Shown here: positions 57,706-62,965 of the stretch, in pieces
How positions within the stretch are numbered: the first letter of the stretch is position 1
Layout of the letters: each line of letters starts with the position of its first letter
Assembly (NCBI GenBank): GCA_043813075.1
Contig: JBDRLL010000019.1
Location: 1 to 62,965, forward strand
Direction: 5' to 3'
Origin: Candidatus Altiarchaeota archaeon
Lineage (GTDB): Archaea; Altiarchaeota; Altiarchaeia; IMC4; SCGC-AAA252-I15
Length of the DNA stretch: 62,965 nt
Position numbers and translations under genes: made by a program
Notes under the pieces: generated by a model
The model's input: the letters and a program-made list of their open reading frames with translations, nothing else
Databases searched by the model: none
Told to the model about the DNA's origin: nothing

Positions 57706-59481
57706 ATGACTGACGTGATAGTGCTATGGGACATAGGCATGATAATAATCGCGGCAACACTCCTAGCACACCTATTCAGACTCATAAGACAACCGGTGAT
57801 ACCCGCATACATAATAGCGGGGATAGCGATAGGCCCCCTGGGGGCTGGGATAATCACGAACCACGAGGTCATAAGAAGCCTCAGCGAGCTCGGCATATCG
57901 TTCCTACTGTTCATAGTGGGGCTTGAACTGGACTTGAGGAGACTGAGGGACGTTGGACTGCACGCAACAGTCACAGCCATACTGTCGAGCAGCGTCCTCA
58001 TAATAGTTGGCTTCTTAAGCGCGGTATACATGGGCTACCTGCCCATAGAAGCATTGTACATAGGGCTCGCACTGTCATTCAGCAGCACCATGATAACCAT
58101 CAAACTGCTTTCAGACAAGAACGAGCTGGACACACTCCACGGGAGGATTGTACTGGGCATACTGCTGATGCAGGACGTGATAGCGATATTGTCACTCTCC
58201 ATACTGGCCACGCTCGACAACCTTTCCATGAACACGCTGACGTTCGCATTCCTGAACGGCATCGGATTGTTCTCCATCGCCGTTGTGACCAGCAAGTACA
58301 TCGTCCCCAGCATATTCAAGGCGATAAGCAACCATCATGAGCTGATGTTTCTGACCGCCCTGTCATTCTTCTTCCTGTTCGCGAAGCTGGCTTCAATGAG
58401 CGGCTTCTCTGTGGCGGTCGGCGCGTTCATCGCCGGAGTCAGCATCGCCTCGTTCCCATACAACTATGAGATAGTGGGGAAGGTAAGGTCTCTAAGGGAC
58501 TTTTTCGCCATCATATTCTTCGTATCACTGGGCATGGAGATATTTGTGCAGGATGTGAGCTCCATAATAATGCCGACCATAGCACTGTTCATGCTGATAA
58601 TCACCGTTAAGCCGCTTTCAATGATGCTGTTCACGTCATTCTTCGGCTACGGGAGGAGAGTGTCATTCCTAACATCCAACGCGCTGACCCAGATAAGCGA
58701 GTTCTCCCTCATAATAGTCATGCAGGGACTCATCCTCGGCCACATATCCAACGAGGTGTTTTCCATAGTGTCCCTTCTCGCGCTCGCGAGCATTTCCCTG
58801 ACCGCGTACCTCATCAAGTACGACAACGAGATATACAGGATGATATCCCTCAAGCTGATGTTATTCGACCATGTGTCAGAGTCCAGCGGAATGAAGAGGC
58901 TGCTTGAGAGCCTGCCTCCAGAGCCGGTCAAGCATGCGGTCATCGTCGGCTGCCATAGGATGGGTGCTGAGATAGTCGAGATGTTCAGGAAGAACGGGAA
59001 GAACTACGTGGTGGTCGACTTCAATCCCGAGAGGATAAAGATACTCATCAAGAACGGCATACACTGCATATACGGGGATGTGGGGGACATCGACGTGCTG
59101 CAGAAACTGAGCTTGGACACCGCGGAGATAGTGGTATCAACCGTTTCAGAGCAGGAGGACAACATGATACTCATCAAGGAGACTAAGACGGCGAACCCCA
59201 CCACACCAGTCATAGTTACCGCAGACACCGTCAGACAGGCGCTCGAACTTTACGAGGCCGGCGCAGACTACGTGGTTCTCCCGAAGATACTGAGCGGGGA
59301 TTTCACCTCGAACCTGGTGGAGGACATAGCCAGGAACCCGCATAAGGTGGATGAGGTAAAAGACAAGCACATACTTGAGCTGGAGAAATCCTATGAGGAG
59401 GAGATACTGAGCAGGTACGAGTTCTCTTTCATAACATCGCTGGAAGAAAAAATCCATGACAAGAACGAACACAAGAAATAG
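57706..59481 (+). CDS. Kef-type CPA2 cation:proton antiporter with C-terminal TrkA-N/RCK domain
   Basis: RQP.I.AYI.AG, FSST, LLMQD, QISEFS, VIVGCHRMG, YGD, AGADYVV.P. Confidence 0.92.
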   Translation: MTDVIVLWDIGMIIIAATLLAHLFRLIRQPVIPAYIIAGIAIGPLGAGIITNHEVIRSLSELGISFLLFIVGLELDLRRLRDVGLHATVTAILSSSVLIIVGFLSAVYMGYLPIEALYIGLALSFSSTMITIKLLSDKNELDTLHGRIVLGILLMQDVIAILSLSILATLDNLSMNTLTFAFLNGIGLFSIAVVTSKYIVPSIFKAISNHHELMFLTALSFFFLFAKLASMSGFSVAVGAFIAGVSIASFPYNYEIVGKVRSLRDFFAIIFFVSLGMEIFVQDVSSIIMPTIALFMLIITVKPLSMMLFTSFFGYGRRVSFLTSNALTQISEFSLIIVMQGLILGHISNEVFSIVSLLALASISLTAYLIKYDNEIYRMISLKLMLFDHVSESSGMKRLLESLPPEPVKHAVIVGCHRMGAEIVEMFRKNGKNYVVVDFNPERIKILIKNGIHCIYGDVGDIDVLQKLSLDTAEIVVSTVSEQEDNMILIKETKTANPTTPVIVTADTVRQALELYEAGADYVVLPKILSGDFTSNLVEDIARNPHKVDEVKDKHILELEKSYEEEILSRYEFSFITSLEEKIHDKNEHKK

Positions 59482-60145
59482 GCTGGAAGAGACATACTCC
59501 AGATTATACGAATCCTTCGGCCCGCAGGGCTGGTGGCCTGCGGAAGACAGGTTTGAGGTGATAGTAGGCGCCATACTAACCCAGTCGACTTCATGGAGTA
59601 ACGTGGAGAAGGCGATAGGCAGCATGAGGGATGATCGTGTTCTCTCGCCTGAAGGCATTCGGAAGGCGGATTCCGTCAGGCTTTCAGGGCTCATCAGATC
59701 ATCGCTATACCACAACGCGAAGGCTAGGAAGCTTAAGGCGTTCGTCGAATTCATGGACCGGGAGTATGGTGGCAGCATGGAGGCGATGATGCGCGAGGAT
59801 GCCGGGTCGCTGAGGCCAAGGCTGCTCTCGGTCTGGGGTGTAGGCCCGGAGACCGCGGACAGCATAATGCTCTACGCCCTTGACATGCCGTCTTTTGTGG
59901 TTGACGCATACACGAGGAGGATATTCTCCAGGCTCGGTTTGTTCAGTGATGACGCGGACTACGGCTTTATGAAGCGTTTTTTTGAGGATAACATGGATAG
60001 GGACGTTGGATTGTACAAGGAGTATCACGCCCTGATAGTCGAGTTGGGGAAGAGATTTTGCAGGAAGAGCAGGCCATTGTGCGGCGGATGCCCGCTCCAT
60101 GACGGATGCGGATTTATGGAAGAGCCGGCATATACTAGGGCTTAA
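59456..60145 (+). CDS. Endonuclease III-like HhH-GPD DNA glycosylase
   Basis: WWP, AILTQ, GVGPETAD, VVDAY, C-x6-CxxC-x5-C Fe-S motif. Confidence 0.92.
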   Translation: MTRTNTRNRLEETYSRLYESFGPQGWWPAEDRFEVIVGAILTQSTSWSNVEKAIGSMRDDRVLSPEGIRKADSVRLSGLIRSSLYHNAKARKLKAFVEFMDREYGGSMEAMMREDAGSLRPRLLSVWGVGPETADSIMLYALDMPSFVVDAYTRRIFSRLGLFSDDADYGFMKRFFEDNMDRDVGLYKEYHALIVELGKRFCRKSRPLCGGCPLHDGCGFMEEPAYTRA

Positions 60146-60186
60146 GCCAGATGTATTTTATTTAGCCACTCCAATAGGTATATGGG

Positions 60187-60612
60187 ATGGCTGGTAAGAA
60201 GAAGGATTCTGAGGGCCCTAAGAAGTCCAGCAGGGAGAGGCTTAAGAAGATAGAGTCTAGGCTGAAGAAGCTTGACAAGGATCTTGTTGAAGTCGAGAGG
60301 GAGCTGACTGAAGACGTCGACTCGAAGGTTGTTGACGCGGACATCGCGGAAGTTGAGGAGCTCTGGAGGATGAAGACCGAGCTCGTCAGGAGGGGTGCGC
60401 GCGTGGAGAAGAAGTTCTACAAGCATTTCGTGCTGAGGTGCATGAAGTGCATGAAGGAGTTCAAACATAGGGCGGATATAGAGCCGATAATCAAGGGCCT
60501 GACCTGCCCTGGATGCGACCACGACCACAGCTTCAGGGTGACGCCCGGCTCCAGATACTTCCACATAGAGTTCCCGGACTCCATAGAGGTCGTGGACTCT
60601 GACGAGGAATGA
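60187..60612 (+). CDS. Hypothetical protein: coiled coil + Zn ribbon
   Basis: Charged helical N-terminus, CMKC...CPGC. Confidence 0.7.
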   Translation: MAGKKKDSEGPKKSSRERLKKIESRLKKLDKDLVEVERELTEDVDSKVVDADIAEVEELWRMKTELVRRGARVEKKFYKHFVLRCMKCMKEFKHRADIEPIIKGLTCPGCDHDHSFRVTPGSRYFHIEFPDSIEVVDSDEE

Positions 60613-60857
60613 AGTTCGATAAGGAGCGCCTTGAAAAGGACGCGCTCAACAGGATCCTGTGGGACAAGTCACTCAATCCTGCCGAATACACCATACACTA
60701 TGCCGACAGGTTCAGGGGAGGGCTTAGTGAAGTCAGATTCACTGAAGTCGAGGTTGACGGCGACTACATTGTTTCAGGAGGCTCGATGATACCAGTCCAC
60801 AGGATAAGGGAGATAAGGAGGAATGACGAAGTCGTGTGGGATGGGAGGAGGGTTTAA
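60609..60857 (+). CDS. DUF504 / MJ1316 family protein (RNA-repair associated domain)
   Basis: LNRILWD, Y.DR, IPVHRI..I......VW. Confidence 0.85.
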   Translation: MKFDKERLEKDALNRILWDKSLNPAEYTIHYADRFRGGLSEVRFTEVEVDGDYIVSGGSMIPVHRIREIRRNDEVVWDGRRV

Positions 60858-60862
60858 CTATT

Positions 60863-62965
60863 TTATATGCCCCTGAGCCCGCCACCGCCGTTACGCCTTT
60901 CATTGTTTTGAACCTTTTTCTTGGTCTTGCCGCCGTCACTGGGCTTCCACCGGAGCCATGTGAACATGTCAGTGAAGTCGCCGACATTATGCTTGAAGAC
61001 GTGCTTCACCAGTATCCTGACTGTCAGAAGGCCTATGAACGCTGATAGGGCGAGCGTTATGAGGATGGCTATCAAGCCACCGTATTTGATTACGCTGCTC
61101 CTGCCCATCATGCCGTCTATCTCCGCTATCCTTGCGGACATCGCCATGACTCCCTGAGTGTCGTTGAGTTCAGCGTAAGTCCTGTTGGCGTAGATGAGGT
61201 ATTGGGTGGCGTTCTCGTATTCCCCGAAGATGCTGTGGTTGTTGGCGAGCATTATGTATTCAAGCGCCTTCAACTGCTTGTTCGCATTGTTTGCTATGAT
61301 GTCTGCCTCATCCATGCTCTTGACGTCGCCGAGGTAAGAGTATTGTTCCCTCGCCTTCGCTGCGTAGAAGCTGGCGTTCTCCCACATGCCCTGCCCGTAA
61401 TAGTATTTCGAGATGTTCATGCTGTCGTCAGCCTTCGGCGACATCTTGCCTTTTGTGAGGAGAGTATTCACCTCCCCCAGCATCCTCAGGTCCTGTACTT
61501 TCCGGAATTCCTCCAAAGCCTTTTCAGCATAGTATGCCGCGCTCTCAGGGTCGCCATTGTTCATGTACTCCTTCGCCAGCGCGTAATATCCTTCAGCCCC
61601 AACGTAGAGCGTGTTCTTCTCCACCAGAGTCTGGGACCGCGCTGCCGCAGCCTCGTCCCCAAGCCATGCATAGTAGTCTTTAGCCTTCATGGCACTGTAC
61701 TTGCTTTCATTGAATTGCCTGGCCTTGAACTGCCTGTCCGCCAGGTTATAGTAGTAGTCCGCGTTCAGCCCCTTACCGTAGCGTTCGGTGCTGAACACCA
61801 TTATCTTTGAGTCGTCTCCTCCGGCGACTATCTCAGGATAACCGTCTTTTATCATGTCTTCAGCAGCCACCGCCCTCAGCTTCCCGTACCTCTGGCTCTT
61901 CCATAGGAGTTTGCCTTCAGAGTCGACTATCCGAAGCTCCTGGCCTGCGGAGACCACTTCCAGTCTGCCGTCACCATTCAGGTCGGTGACCGCCACATCG
62001 TAGACTGTCCCGGAATTGTACCTCCATACCGCCATGCCCTTTGTGTTGAGTGCCGAGAGCATTCCAGCGCCGACTATTATCCTCTTGGTCCCGTTGCCGT
62101 GGAGGTCTGAGACCAGTATCCTGGTGACTATGCCGCTGACTTCAGTATCCCACATCTGCCGTCCGTCAGGATGGTATGCTGTGAGCCTGCCTTCAATGCC
62201 GACGAGTACCTCAGGCTTTCCATCACCATCCAAGTCGGCAGTCTCTATTGCGGACACTCCCTTAGGGGTTTCGTAGGACCATAGGACGTTGCCATCCAAG
62301 TCCATTGCCTGCACGATGCCTGGCTTCGAGTATGCCGGGCTTATGGTGCCTGCGACGGTGTTTGGAGAGTATAAGACGACTCCTGCGAGTATCTCCTGCC
62401 TTCCGTCGCCGTCCAGGTCTGCGGAATCCAGTACTGCGGGAAACCGGTTGCCTTTGAAGTCGAAGCTGGCCTGGCTGTCGCCCTGGCTGCCCCATACCTT
62501 GAGTTCGCTCCCCCGCATGCCATAGTTTGTGGCGGACACTACTTCATCGGCTTTGTCGCCGTCCAGGTCTGCGGAATACACGCTTTGGCCGTATATCTTC
62601 TGCATTACGCTTGAGCGGGATGACCTCTGCCATCTCTCAGTGCCGTCAGGATTAAGGTAGGATACGTGACCGCCCGTGCCGGCGACTATGGCTCCGTTGT
62701 CGCTGACGTACAGGTCCTCCAGGAGTCCAGCATGGTTGCGCCATAAGACGCCGCCATTGTAGTCGAGGGAGTATACTATACCGCTCTTGCCGAAGCTGGT
62801 CGTCAGCACGGAGTCGGTGATTATCTCACTGGAACCGTCGTTGTTGACGTCTTTTATGAATATGCTATCTATGTTGCCGCCCACGTCCGTCTCGGTCAGG
62901 AGCGTGAAGTCCTCCTGGTTGCTGGCCGTGGTTTCGCCAGAAACTGCGTGCGAGAGCACCAGTAG
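60863..62965 (-). CDS. Secreted FG-GAP/PQQ beta-propeller + TPR-like repeats + C-terminal TM (5' end off window)
   Basis: DLDGDG..E repeats, G..LW motifs, A..YY.LA helical repeats, TM; frame open to the window end; same architecture as 25044-26951. Confidence 0.82.
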   Translation of the reverse strand, partial: LLVLSHAVSGETTASNQEDFTLLTETDVGGNIDSIFIKDVNNDGSSEIITDSVLTTSFGKSGIVYSLDYNGGVLWRNHAGLLEDLYVSDNGAIVAGTGGHVSYLNPDGTERWQRSSRSSVMQKIYGQSVYSADLDGDKADEVVSATNYGMRGSELKVWGSQGDSQASFDFKGNRFPAVLDSADLDGDGRQEILAGVVLYSPNTVAGTISPAYSKPGIVQAMDLDGNVLWSYETPKGVSAIETADLDGDGKPEVLVGIEGRLTAYHPDGRQMWDTEVSGIVTRILVSDLHGNGTKRIIVGAGMLSALNTKGMAVWRYNSGTVYDVAVTDLNGDGRLEVVSAGQELRIVDSEGKLLWKSQRYGKLRAVAAEDMIKDGYPEIVAGGDDSKIMVFSTERYGKGLNADYYYNLADRQFKARQFNESKYSAMKAKDYYAWLGDEAAAARSQTLVEKNTLYVGAEGYYALAKEYMNNGDPESAAYYAEKALEEFRKVQDLRMLGEVNTLLTKGKMSPKADDSMNISKYYYGQGMWENASFYAAKAREQYSYLGDVKSMDEADIIANNANKQLKALEYIMLANNHSIFGEYENATQYLIYANRTYAELNDTQGVMAMSARIAEIDGMMGRSSVIKYGGLIAILITLALSAFIGLLTVRILVKHVFKHNVGDFTDMFTWLRWKPSDGGKTKKKVQNNERRNGGGGLRGI

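Overview
Archaeal genomic window, shown by TBP, CDP-archaeol synthase CarS, archaeal-type GlyRS, split GMP synthase, NurA and minimal SufCB/SmsCB. The abundance of Thr-rich, FG-GAP/PQQ and MopE-like surface proteins tentatively suggests an Altiarchaeota-like lineage (inference only). About 42 densely packed CDSs, two cut by the window edges. No rRNA, tRNA, CRISPR array or recognisable mobile element was seen. Housekeeping genes (topA, sufCB, hom, glyS, purC, guaA subunit B, tbp) flank two accessory blocks. (i) An 11-22 kb block holds what looks like an EXPORTED AmmeMemoRadiSam system: a radical SAM enzyme with a twin-arginine signal, a membrane-anchored MEMO1-AMMECR1 fusion, a membrane spermidine-synthase-like protein with altered catalytic residues, and several transporters. 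The same block carries an orphan CheD-like deamidase followed by a structured 85-nt element, and an FtsZ homolog lacking the T7 catalytic loop. (ii) A 25-63 kb set of secreted beta-propeller, helical-repeat and giant (about 3,400 aa) Cys/Asp-rich surface proteins. A recurring TAYAWTRTA-like motif lies upstream of the Lrp gene, the giant gene, tbp and topA. All family calls come from motif recognition by eye; no database searches were run.
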